43,072 nt of DNA from an uncultured Anaerolineales bacterium (GTDB lineage Bacteria > Chloroflexota > Anaerolineae > Anaerolineales > UBA11858), in the NCBI GenBank assembly GCA_964589145.1, contig CAZPSL010000129.1, forward strand, positions 1-43,072, read 5' to 3'. Below are positions 36,528 to 43,072 of the stretch, in pieces; positions within the stretch are counted from its first letter, which is position 1; each line of letters opens with the position of its first letter. The position numbers and the translations under genes were made by a program. The notes beneath the pieces are model-generated. The model was not told where the DNA came from. It ran no database searches and was given only the letters and a program-made list of their open reading frames with translations.

Positions 36528-37316
36528 ATGAGCGCTATCATTCTTCAGGATGAAATCGTCCATTACGAAGTACTCGGACGCGGCCGCCCGTTGATCTTCA
36601 TCCACGGGTGGGTTGGGTCGTGGCGATACTGGATTCCATCCATGCAAGCCGCCTCGACCAATTTCCGCGCCTACGCGCTTGACCTGTGGGGATTCGGCGA
36701 CACCGCCAAAGAGCCCAGCAAATACCTGATTGAACAACAAACCACCCTGCTCGACGACTTCCTCTTCGAAATGGGGATCGGGAAAATCGCCATTGCCGGG
36801 CACGGGCTGGGCGCAATTGTAGCCCTGATGTTCGCCAAAGAAAACCCCAAATTCGTAGACCGGGTGATGGCAATTTGCCTGCCATTCAACAGCAACGCCA
36901 TCAACCCCCGCCTGAAACAAGCCCAGCCCGCAGAACTGGCTGACTGGCTGCTGGGCGATACCCCGGACGCCCAGGCCGCCCGCGTAGAAGCCGCCAAAGC
37001 CGACCAGGATGCAATTCTACGCTCCATTCACAACCTGCAAAATATCGAAATCACCCAATTGGCTGCCAGCATCAGAATCCCCTCCCTGCTGGTTTTCGGA
37101 CAAAATGACCCGGCCGTCAGTCCGGCAGATAATGAAAACCTCGCCAATTTGCCGGAACATGTTCACTACATCACCTTTGACAATTCCGGCCACTTTCCAA
37201 TGATTGACGAGGTCAACAAATTCAATCGCCTGATGATCGACTTTCTCAACCTGCCCTCTGGAGAAAGCCCCCGCCAACTGCAACTCAAAGAAGAGTGGAA
37301 ACGGCGCATCCGCTAA
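36528..37316 (+). CDS. Alpha/beta-fold protein, paralogue of 24174-24974, lacking the nucleophile Ser (GHGLG)
   Basis: 262-aa ORF. IVHYEVLGRGRPLIFIHGWVGSW...YALDLWGFGDTAK parallels IVHYEVYGKGRPVILLHGWLGSW...YALDFWGFGESGK. The nucleophile-elbow position reads GHGLGA, with Gly codon ggg at 36804-36806. The Asp and His candidates (GQNDPAV, NSGHFPM) are retained. Confidence 0.8.
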   Translation: MSAIILQDEIVHYEVLGRGRPLIFIHGWVGSWRYWIPSMQAASTNFRAYALDLWGFGDTAKEPSKYLIEQQTTLLDDFLFEMGIGKIAIAGHGLGAIVALMFAKENPKFVDRVMAICLPFNSNAINPRLKQAQPAELADWLLGDTPDAQAARVEAAKADQDAILRSIHNLQNIEITQLAASIRIPSLLVFGQNDPAVSPADNENLANLPEHVHYITFDNSGHFPMIDEVNKFNRLMIDFLNLPSGESPRQLQLKEEWKRRIR

Positions 37317-37409
37317 CGCGCCCTGATCTCCAAAATTTCCGGTACACCCACATCAGGAACCAATTTTCAGTCTCTACCCGTCCATCAGCCTCAGCACTTC
37401 ACCCGCCCG

Positions 37410-38204
37410 ATGCGTCAATACCTCGATCTCATACAGCACATCCTGGAACATGGCATCCAAAAATCAGACCGTACCGGCACCGGCACGGTCTCTGTTTTTG
37501 GGCATCAGATGCGTTTCGACCTTAGTGAGGGCTTCCCCCTCCTGACCACAAAAAAACTGCACATCAAATCCATCATCTACGAACTGCTGTGGTTTTTGCG
37601 CGGCGAGACCAACATACGCTATTTGCAGGAACACGGCGTGCGCATCTGGAACGAGTGGGCAGACGAAGATGGAGAACTCGGCCCCGTGTACGGCGCACAA
37701 TGGCGGGCATGGCGCGCCCCTGACGGACATACCATCGACCAGATTTCCGAAGTAATCCGCTCCATTCGGGAGAATCCCGACTCGCGGCGGCACATCGTCA
37801 GCGCGTGGAACGTGGGAGAACTCAACCAGATGAAACTGCCGCCTTGCCACATCCTGTTTCAATTCTACGTTGCCGGGGGAAAACTGTCCTGCCAACTCTA
37901 CCAGCGCTCCGCCGACGTTTTTTTGGGAGTGCCCTTCAATATCGCCTCCTACGCCCTGCTCACCATGATGACAGCGCAAGTTTGCGGGCTGCAACCCGGC
38001 GAATTTATCCACACCCTGGGAGATGCACACCTCTACCGCAACCACCTGCAACAAGCCCGCCTGCAACTAAGCCGCGAACCGTATCCGCTCCCCGAAATGC
38101 GCCTCAACCCGAACGTACACGACATCTTTGCCTTCCGTTACCAGGATTTTGAACTGCGCAACTATCAGGCCCACCCCCACATCAAAGCCCCCATCTCGGT
38201 GTGA
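37410..38204 (+). CDS. thyA: Thymidylate synthase (ThyA type)
   Basis: 264-aa [46 protein letters not shown] and [11 protein letters not shown], including the catalytic Cys context, are classic ThyA. Confidence 0.95.
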   Translation: MRQYLDLIQHILEHGIQKSDRTGTGTVSVFGHQMRFDLSEGFPLLTTKKLHIKSIIYELLWFLRGETNIRYLQEHGVRIWNEWADEDGELGPVYGAQWRAWRAPDGHTIDQISEVIRSIRENPDSRRHIVSAWNVGELNQMKLPPCHILFQFYVAGGKLSCQLYQRSADVFLGVPFNIASYALLTMMTAQVCGLQPGEFIHTLGDAHLYRNHLQQARLQLSREPYPLPEMRLNPNVHDIFAFRYQDFELRNYQAHPHIKAPISV

Positions 38205-38228
38205 GCCGCCACCACCCAAAAAGGGAAG

Positions 38229-38276
38229 AAAAACGCCTGTGCAGTGACTTCGGTCACCACTGCACACGCGTTTTTT
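38229..38276. terminator. Bidirectional intrinsic-terminator-like hairpin between thyA (+) and a small ORF (-)
   Basis: The sequence is gaaaaacgcctgtgcagtgacttcggtcaccactgcacacgcgtttttt. It has an A-run, an imperfect GC-rich stem around a cttcgg loop, and then a T-run. Confidence 0.65.
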
Positions 38277-38327
38277 GCGTCCCCTTAAGGCTTTCACACG
38301 GCACGAAAGTCCTGCATCTGTTCCGGA

Positions 38328-38513
38328 TCACTTCGAGGCTTCCCGCACGAGTCGCTTCAACTCATCCCATTCTTCGCGGAAAAAGTGCAGCGTGACATTG
38401 CCCAGTTCCAGATGATAGGTGGATTCGCCGTCCGGCTCGTCGGCGCGCCAGGCAATGTAATTGTCGGTTTCTGCCAGGGTGGTGGTTTTGATTTCCGGGG
38501 GTTCTTTTGCCAT
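38328..38513 (-). CDS. Small hypothetical protein (61 aa)
   Basis: The ORF is preceded by a strong RBS (aaggag 7 nt upstream on the minus strand). It is acidic with no recognisable family (MAKEPPEIKTTTLAETDNYIAWRADEPDGESTYHLELGNVTLHFFREEWDELKRLVREASK). Confidence 0.5.
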   Translation of the reverse strand: MAKEPPEIKTTTLAETDNYIAWRADEPDGESTYHLELGNVTLHFFREEWDELKRLVREASK

Positions 38514-38531
38514 GAGTTTCTCCTTATTGTG

Positions 38532-38577
38532 CAGGCAGCAGGGGCGTGATGAATCGCGCCCCTGCTGCCTGTTTTTT
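38532..38577. repeat. 15-bp perfect-stem hairpin sharing its core with the 16121-16150 palindrome
   Basis: The sequence is caggcagcaggggcg tgatgaat cg cgcccctgctgcctg tttttt. The T-run is on the plus strand although both neighbouring genes are on the minus strand. Confidence 0.75.
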
Positions 38578-39658
38578 ATGGTAGCACATACCAGGGGTTG
38601 ACAAATCCACCCTGGTAGCGGACTTCAAAATGCAGGTGCGGACCGGTCGAGTTGCCGGTGCTGCCCGCAAAGCCGATCGTCTGCCCCTGTGACACGCTTT
38701 GCCCGCAACTGACCTTGACGCTGCTCAGGTGAGCGTAAAGGGTCTGGTAGCCGTTGCCGTGGTCAATGGCAACCGTGTTGCCATAGCCGCCGTTCGCCCA
38801 CCCGGCGAAGACCACCACCCCCGAATCGGCGGCGGAAATCGGCTCGCCCAGCGCGGTGCCGATGTCAATCGCCAGGTGTCCCGACCAGTAATCGTTGCCC
38901 GAAATCCAGTGATTGATCGAAGGCCAGATGAACGATCCCGTCCCCATCGCACCGCCTTCGTATCCGCCGGGGCAGGCCCCCGCGCCGTACATGCCGGTGG
39001 AAACCCCCGCCGCGCCGCGCGGGATAATCGGCACAATCCATTGCTGAAACTCGCGCTGCCCGCCGGGGATCATCACCCACTCGCCGGGCTCCACCTGCGG
39101 GTTGGTCAGGTCAAATTTGTTGCCGCCCCAGCCCAAAATCGCTTCGGGGTCGGTTTTGAACTCGGCGGCAACCTTCTCAAAAGTATCGCCTTCCTGCCAC
39201 TGATAGTATACGCCGTCCACCGGCGGGATTTTCAACTCCATGCCCACGCTGATCGCGTGCGGGTTATCCTTCAGCACATCATAATTCGACCACAGCAAAC
39301 TTTCAGGAGTGATACCAAACTCGCTGGCGATTCCAAAGACGGAATCCCCCTTCTGGACGGTGTAGGTCGTCACATCCTGGCGGGGACGGTTCGGGATGAT
39401 GGTTTGGATATCCGCCCGCCGGTGGATGGCATCCACCTTGATGGGATGTTCAAACGCCGGGGCGGGGATGCCGCTCCCGCCCTCCGGGAGGGGAGTCTCG
39501 ACCGGGGCCGCGGGTTGTTCCTCCCTGGACGCGGAAATCCCCTCCCTGGAAAATTCCTGCCATCCCACAAACACCGCACCGGCGACTGCCAGCAGGGCAA
39601 TCAGCCAGGCGATACGGGAGACCCAGAGATTGCGGGCATCGGGTTTTTCAGTATCCAT
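38576..39658 (-). CDS. LysM-domain M23 family metallopeptidase (membrane-anchored)
   Basis: 360-aa ORF. It has an N-terminal TM segment (IAWLIALLAVAGAVFVGW) and LysM-like segments (YTVQKGDSVFGIASEFGI; YQWQEGDTFEKVAAEF). The M23 motifs are HLAIDI and GNTVAIDHGNGYQTLYAHL...GSTGNSTGPHLHFEV. Confidence 0.85.
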   Translation of the reverse strand: MDTEKPDARNLWVSRIAWLIALLAVAGAVFVGWQEFSREGISASREEQPAAPVETPLPEGGSGIPAPAFEHPIKVDAIHRRADIQTIIPNRPRQDVTTYTVQKGDSVFGIASEFGITPESLLWSNYDVLKDNPHAISVGMELKIPPVDGVYYQWQEGDTFEKVAAEFKTDPEAILGWGGNKFDLTNPQVEPGEWVMIPGGQREFQQWIVPIIPRGAAGVSTGMYGAGACPGGYEGGAMGTGSFIWPSINHWISGNDYWSGHLAIDIGTALGEPISAADSGVVVFAGWANGGYGNTVAIDHGNGYQTLYAHLSSVKVSCGQSVSQGQTIGFAGSTGNSTGPHLHFEVRYQGGFVNPWYVLP

Positions 39659-39687
39659 TGCGCTTCGTTTTGGTTTTCGTCACCCTG

Positions 39688-39720
39688 ACGACTGGCAGTC
39701 CTGGCAGGACTGCCAGTCGT
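39688..39720. repeat. 33-nt perfect palindrome (copy 1)
   Basis: The sequence is acgactggcagtcctg g caggactgccagtcgt. A second copy of the core gactggcagtcctggcaggactgccagtc lies at 41361-41389. Confidence 0.9.
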
Positions 39721-39843
39721 AACCCGGAGACGAGGTAGGTGAGACCTTTGGGGTTTTGCCTACCCTCGCTAAACCCAGATGGGGTGATTCCCGCCGGTTG
39801 CGCCCGCGAAAACCACCCCACCTGCTGTTGAACTGTGAAAATT

Positions 39844-41118
39844 TCAGTCGTTGAGCGTTTGCAGAAACTCCTCGTTATCCGCCGTGTTCTTCAGCCGTTG
39901 CAGAATGGCCTCAGTGGCCGCGGCCTGGTCCATTCCCGCGCCGTGCGGGGGAGAAGCAACCATCTGGTCGTACATGCGCCGCATCAGCCAGACACGCGGC
40001 GTGATGTCGGGGCCGAGCAGAAGTTCCTCTCGGCGGGTCGAGGAGCGCGAGATGTCAATAGCGGGGAAAATGCGCCGCTCTTGCAGGTTGCGCGAGAGGT
40101 GCAGTTCCATATTGCCGGTGCCCTTGAACTCCTCGTAGACCACATCGTCCATGCGGGAGCCGGTATCCACCAGGCAGGTGGCGACGATGGTCAGCGAGCC
40201 GCCCTCCTCGATATTGCGGGCCGCCCCGAAAAACCGCTTGGGCGGATACAACGCCGAGGGGTCAATGCCGCCCGAAAGCGTCCGCCCGGAGGGGTTAACC
40301 ACCAGGTTGTAGGCCCGCGAAAGACGGGTGATCGAGTCCATCGCGATGAACACGTCACGCCCCATCTCCACCAGCCGTTTGGCGCGCTCCAGTACCATCT
40401 CCGCGACACGGACGTGGTTGCTGACCGGCTCATCGAAGGTGGATGAGATGACCTCAGCATCCACGGAACGATCCATATCGGTGACTTCTTCAGGCCGCTC
40501 GCCGATGAGGGCCACGATGAGATGCACTTCGGGGTATTTCAGCGCAATCGCGTTGGTGATTTGCTTGAGGATGGTGGTCTTGCCCGCCTTTGGCGGCGAC
40601 ACAATCAAACCGCGCTGGCCGCGCCCTACGGGGGTGATCAGGTTAATCAGGCGGGTTGCCAGCGTGTGGCGGTCGGTTTCCAGATCAAAACGGCGGTCCG
40701 GGAAAATCGGGGTCAGGTTTTCAAAGCGTTCACGCAATCTGGCGCGCTCCGGGTCCATCCCGTTGACGGTTTCAACTTTCAGCAAACCATAATGGCGTTC
40801 AGTCTCGCGCGGCGGACGTACATGCCCGATAACCATATCGCCATTCCGCAATCCGTAACGGCGTATCTGCGATTGCGAGATATACACATCGCCGGGGCTG
40901 GCTTTGTAATTCTCGGTGCGCAAATAACCAATCCCCTCGCTCATCATTTCCAGGATGCCGCCGCGAATCTCCAGGCCTTCGCCTTCAGCCTCGGCCTGAC
41001 GGATGCGCATTACCAGTTGTTCTTTTTTCATTCGGGGGGCGCGCCGGATGCCCAAATCCATCGCCATCTGACGCAATACGTACAGGGGTTGTTTTTCCAG
41101 TTCAAGAATGTCGACCAT
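39844..41118 (-). CDS. rho: Transcription termination factor Rho
   Basis: The track ORF 39844..41241 is trimmed to the ATG at 41118 ([19 protein letters not shown], Rho_N-like). Walker A is [29 protein letters not shown] and the C-terminus [16 protein letters not shown] are canonical Rho. Confidence 0.9.
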   Translation of the reverse strand: MVDILELEKQPLYVLRQMAMDLGIRRAPRMKKEQLVMRIRQAEAEGEGLEIRGGILEMMSEGIGYLRTENYKASPGDVYISQSQIRRYGLRNGDMVIGHVRPPRETERHYGLLKVETVNGMDPERARLRERFENLTPIFPDRRFDLETDRHTLATRLINLITPVGRGQRGLIVSPPKAGKTTILKQITNAIALKYPEVHLIVALIGERPEEVTDMDRSVDAEVISSTFDEPVSNHVRVAEMVLERAKRLVEMGRDVFIAMDSITRLSRAYNLVVNPSGRTLSGGIDPSALYPPKRFFGAARNIEEGGSLTIVATCLVDTGSRMDDVVYEEFKGTGNMELHLSRNLQERRIFPAIDISRSSTRREELLLGPDITPRVWLMRRMYDQMVASPPHGAGMDQAAATEAILQRLKNTADNEEFLQTLND

Positions 41119-41304
41119 ATTGTTTTTTCTCAAGGTAGTGAATATCTGGTACGCGTATTGGCCTGCCGCCGCCCGCCCGAACCAACCGGGTAGCCGTGGA
41201 GGAATTGCGTATAAAACGGTTAATCTCACAAAGGGGGGCAAAACGAAAACTTACAGTAGAATTATAGCACGCATGAAAATCCTGTGCAAGCAAGTTGGAG
41301 GGGA

Positions 41305-41487
41305 GGGGCGCAGGCAAATGTTGTAGAAATTCCTATGTGTTTCTCTCGCCCCGCACACAAGACTGGCAGTCCTGGCAGGACTGCCAGTCTTCATTTTGTG
41401 AACAGGACAGGCACCGAACACCCCGCCCCGCCGGGGGAAGGGCAGAGACATGCGGCTGCCCGATTTCTACATCTTTTGCTTGCACCC
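41305..41487 (+). mobile_element. MITE-like element, copy C (same TIR family, different internal cargo)
   Basis: The ends are GGGGCGCAGGCAAATGTTGTAGAAATT ... GATTTCTACATCTTTTGCTTGCACCC. GGAGGGGA is directly repeated at both flanks (41297-41304 and 41488-41495). It carries the 31-nt palindrome at 41360-41390. A further TIR-like fragment (ggggtgcaggcaaggatctctacacc) follows at 41496-41521. Confidence 0.75.
41360..41390. repeat. 31-nt perfect palindrome (copy 2, inside MITE-like copy C)
   Basis: The sequence is agactggcagtcctg g caggactgccagtct. Confidence 0.9.
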
Positions 41488-41579
41488 GGAGGGGAGGGGT
41501 GCAGGCAAGGATCTCTACACCTTTACGTGTACCCCAGAAAACAATCGTGCCGCTGTTCCAGCGCCGGTTGACAAAGGTT

Positions 41580-41981
41580 CTAGAACTCGCCAGAACCGCC
41601 GGGAGCAGCCTCCCCGCCCAAATCGGGGAGGGCGGCCTCGATCTCCTCCGGGCTTTGTCCCTTTTCAAGGCGGTCAACGACCTCATCAAATTCCGGGCCG
41701 AGGTCTTCCCCCATCTCGCGGCTCATCTTGCGCATCATTCGCCCTAACGCCTGGGGGTCTTCTTCCAGCCCGGCAAGCGCGGCGGGATCATCAAAATCAC
41801 CGGCTAAATCTTCAAGGCGGCTGTCCTCCGATTTTGCAATGCGGATGCGGCCAATCCGCCGCCGGACGTTGGCACTCCCGCAGCGCGGGCAGGTGACTTT
41901 GGCGTTGTTGTATTCCTCGTAACTCAGGAAAATTTCAAATCTGCGGTTGCAATCCAGGCAATTGTATTCGTATGCGGGCAT
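41580..41981 (-). CDS. FmdB-family zinc-ribbon protein (CxxC...CxxC) with an acidic tail
   Basis: The track ORF 41580..42386 is trimmed to the ATG at 41981 (MPAYEYNCLDCNRRFEIFLSYEEYNNAKVTCPRCGSANVRR). The upstream part of the track ORF translates repeat copy D and the antisense of gmk. Confidence 0.75.
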   Translation of the reverse strand: MPAYEYNCLDCNRRFEIFLSYEEYNNAKVTCPRCGSANVRRRIGRIRIAKSEDSRLEDLAGDFDDPAALAGLEEDPQALGRMMRKMSREMGEDLGPEFDEVVDRLEKGQSPEEIEAALPDLGGEAAPGGSGEF

Positions 41982-42052
41982 CGTCACAACTCCTGTGTTT
42001 TTTCTGGTATTATAACCTGAACACAGCCGAGCGAGAGACTCCGGGCTGCGAT

Positions 42053-42188
42053 GGGTGCAGGCAAAAGATGTAGAACGCCGGTGGTCCCCCCTCCCTTGCC
42101 CTCCCCCCGACGGGGGGAGGGTTGGGTGGGGGGAAAGGAAGCAGCGCCCATACGACTGCCCAATTTCTACAACATTTGCGTACACCCA
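42053..42188 (-). mobile_element. MITE-like element, copy D (short version of copy A, inverted)
   Basis: The ends are GGGTGCAGGCAAAAGATGTAGAA ... TTCTACAACATTTGCGTACACCC. The reverse complement is identical to copy A over its first 77 nt, and over the last ~50 nt with one mismatch. The internal 10-bp hairpin is ccctcccccc/ggggggaggg. CTGCGAT lies on both sides (42046-42052 and 42089-42095 of line 42181 numbering, i.e. 42189-42195). Confidence 0.8.
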
Positions 42189-42207
42189 CTGCGATCCAAG
42201 GACAACG

Positions 42208-42837
42208 ATGAGCGACGACGAAAAAATCCCATTCAATTTGCTGCACCCCGAACCTTTGCTGATTGTGATTTCCGGCCCCTCAGGCGTGGGGAAAGATACG
42301 GTAGTGCAGGAGATGCAAAAGCGCGGCCTGCCGATCCATTTTGTGGTTACGGCCACCACGCGTCCCCCGCGCAAAGGTGAGGTCAACGGGGTGGATTACT
42401 TTTTCTACACCAAAGATGAGTTCGCTGAACTCATCGAGCAGGACGAACTGCTGGAATACGCGTTTGTCTACAACGATTACAAGGGCATCCCCAAGTTTCA
42501 GGTACGGGAGGCCTGGGAGACGGGGAAGGATGTGGTCATGCGGCTGGATGTTCAGGGCGCGGCGACCATCCGGGAGTTGTATCCCGAAGCCCTGCTGATT
42601 TTCCTGACCACGGAGAGCGAGGACGAACTGGTGCGGCGGCTGCGTGCCCGCAAAACCGAGACCCCCGACGAGTTGAAAATGCGCATTGCCACCGCCCGCC
42701 AGGAGTTGAAGCGTGCCAGCAATTTTGATTATGTGGTACTCAACCGCGAAGACCAGATTGACCGCACCGTGGATACCATCGAGGCCATTATCCGGGCCGA
42801 ACATCATCGTGTCCATCATCGTAAGGTAACGCTGTGA
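42208..42837 (+). CDS. gmk: Guanylate kinase
   Basis: The track ORF 42055..42837 is trimmed to the ATG at 42208 (MSDDEKIP), because upstream codons translate the repeat. The P-loop is ISGPSGVGKDT. TTRPPRKGEVNGVDYFF and LEYAFVYNDYKG are Gmk motifs. Confidence 0.9.
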   Translation: MSDDEKIPFNLLHPEPLLIVISGPSGVGKDTVVQEMQKRGLPIHFVVTATTRPPRKGEVNGVDYFFYTKDEFAELIEQDELLEYAFVYNDYKGIPKFQVREAWETGKDVVMRLDVQGAATIRELYPEALLIFLTTESEDELVRRLRARKTETPDELKMRIATARQELKRASNFDYVVLNREDQIDRTVDTIEAIIRAEHHRVHHRKVTL

Positions 42838-43072
42838 GCAGCCATTATCCATCTTCTGACGTTCCACCGCCGGAATTCGAGCGCGAGCCGACTTACGCGC
42901 CGAGGCCTCCCGTCCGTCCGGTGCCGGTGAAACCGCCCTCAACGCCGCCCACCGTCACCTACGGCCTGATGGGCGTTACCACACTGATTTTCATCGCTCA
43001 ATATCTGACGGAATACTTCCTGGGGCATGATTTGATCTCCCTGCTGGGGATGAAAATCAACGAGGCGATTGC
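42834..43072 (+). CDS. 5' part of a probable rhomboid-family intramembrane protease gene (runs off the window)
   Basis: The GTG at 42834 overlaps the gmk stop (GTGA). The open frame runs to the window end. After a Pro-rich N-terminus comes PTVTYGLMGVTTLIFIAQYL...LLGMKINEAI, resembling the first TM segment and the G.K.N..I lead-in of rhomboid proteases. It is partial, so the call is tentative. Confidence 0.4.
   Translation, partial: MSSHYPSSDVPPPEFEREPTYAPRPPVRPVPVKPPSTPPTVTYGLMGVTTLIFIAQYLTEYFLGHDLISLLGMKINEAI

Noticed and set aside
22438-37409. The lower-G+C block could be a prophage, ICE or transposon.
   Set aside because: I could see no integrase, transposase, phage structural or conjugation genes, no tRNA at a border, and no flanking direct repeats. 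Only compositional and synteny arguments remain, and these are reported as a finding.
38532-38577. The hairpin as the canonical intrinsic terminator of the minus-strand M23 peptidase gene.
   Set aside because: On the minus strand the stem is followed by cacaataagg, not a U-tract. The T-run is on the plus strand, where no gene reads into it. I kept it as a repeat or structural element only.

Overview
This is a high-G+C bacterial chromosomal segment. Gene content and repeat style suggest a Chloroflexota-like organism, but that is inference only.

Layout:
(i) 6-12179, minus strand: an ABC-transporter-dependent surface-glycan locus. It holds a NeuB-type nonulosonic acid synthase, an RmlD-type reductase, a PseB-type dehydratase, a methyltransferase, a KpsS/KpsC-like transferase, a Wzt/Wzm-type exporter, a four-helix-bundle protein, fcl, a decayed gmd, an SDR epimerase and an EPS-type wHTH regulator.
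(ii) 12.6-18.2 kb, minus strand: an ECF sigma factor plus a small membrane protein, an FGE-family lipoprotein, ubiE/menG, and an Atg22/UMF1-type MFS transporter with a large inserted soluble domain.
(iii) 18.5-22.4 kb, plus strand: a small membrane protein, larE-larB-larC and folA.
(iv) 22.6-37.3 kb, plus strand: a visibly lower-G+C, 11-gene co-directional signalling cassette wedged between folA and thyA. Its genes are a DUF4388 protein, a conservon/CvnD-type GTPase, an alpha/beta hydrolase, a V4R protein, an NTP-transferase-like/hexapeptide protein, an acyl-ACP-reductase-like enzyme, a REC-degenerate-GGDEF regulator, a 2339-aa ten-GAF histidine kinase, a CheY-like regulator, and a second alpha/beta hydrolase lacking the nucleophile Ser.
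(v) 37.4-43.1 kb: thyA, a small ORF, a LysM/M23 peptidase, rho, an FmdB zinc-ribbon gene, gmk and the start of a rhomboid-like gene.

I recognised no rRNA, tRNA, CRISPR array, transposase or integrase.

The non-coding DNA is unusually structured. Almost every intergenic gap between 1 and 19 kb is filled by 7-8-nt tandem arrays, usually arranged as facing inverted arms. The 12-14 kb and 41-42 kb regions carry a TIR-bounded MITE-like family flanked by 7-nt duplications, plus long perfect palindromes.

The best candidate for an undescribed system is the 22.6-37.3 kb cassette. All functional calls rest on my reading of the translated ORFs. No database search was possible.
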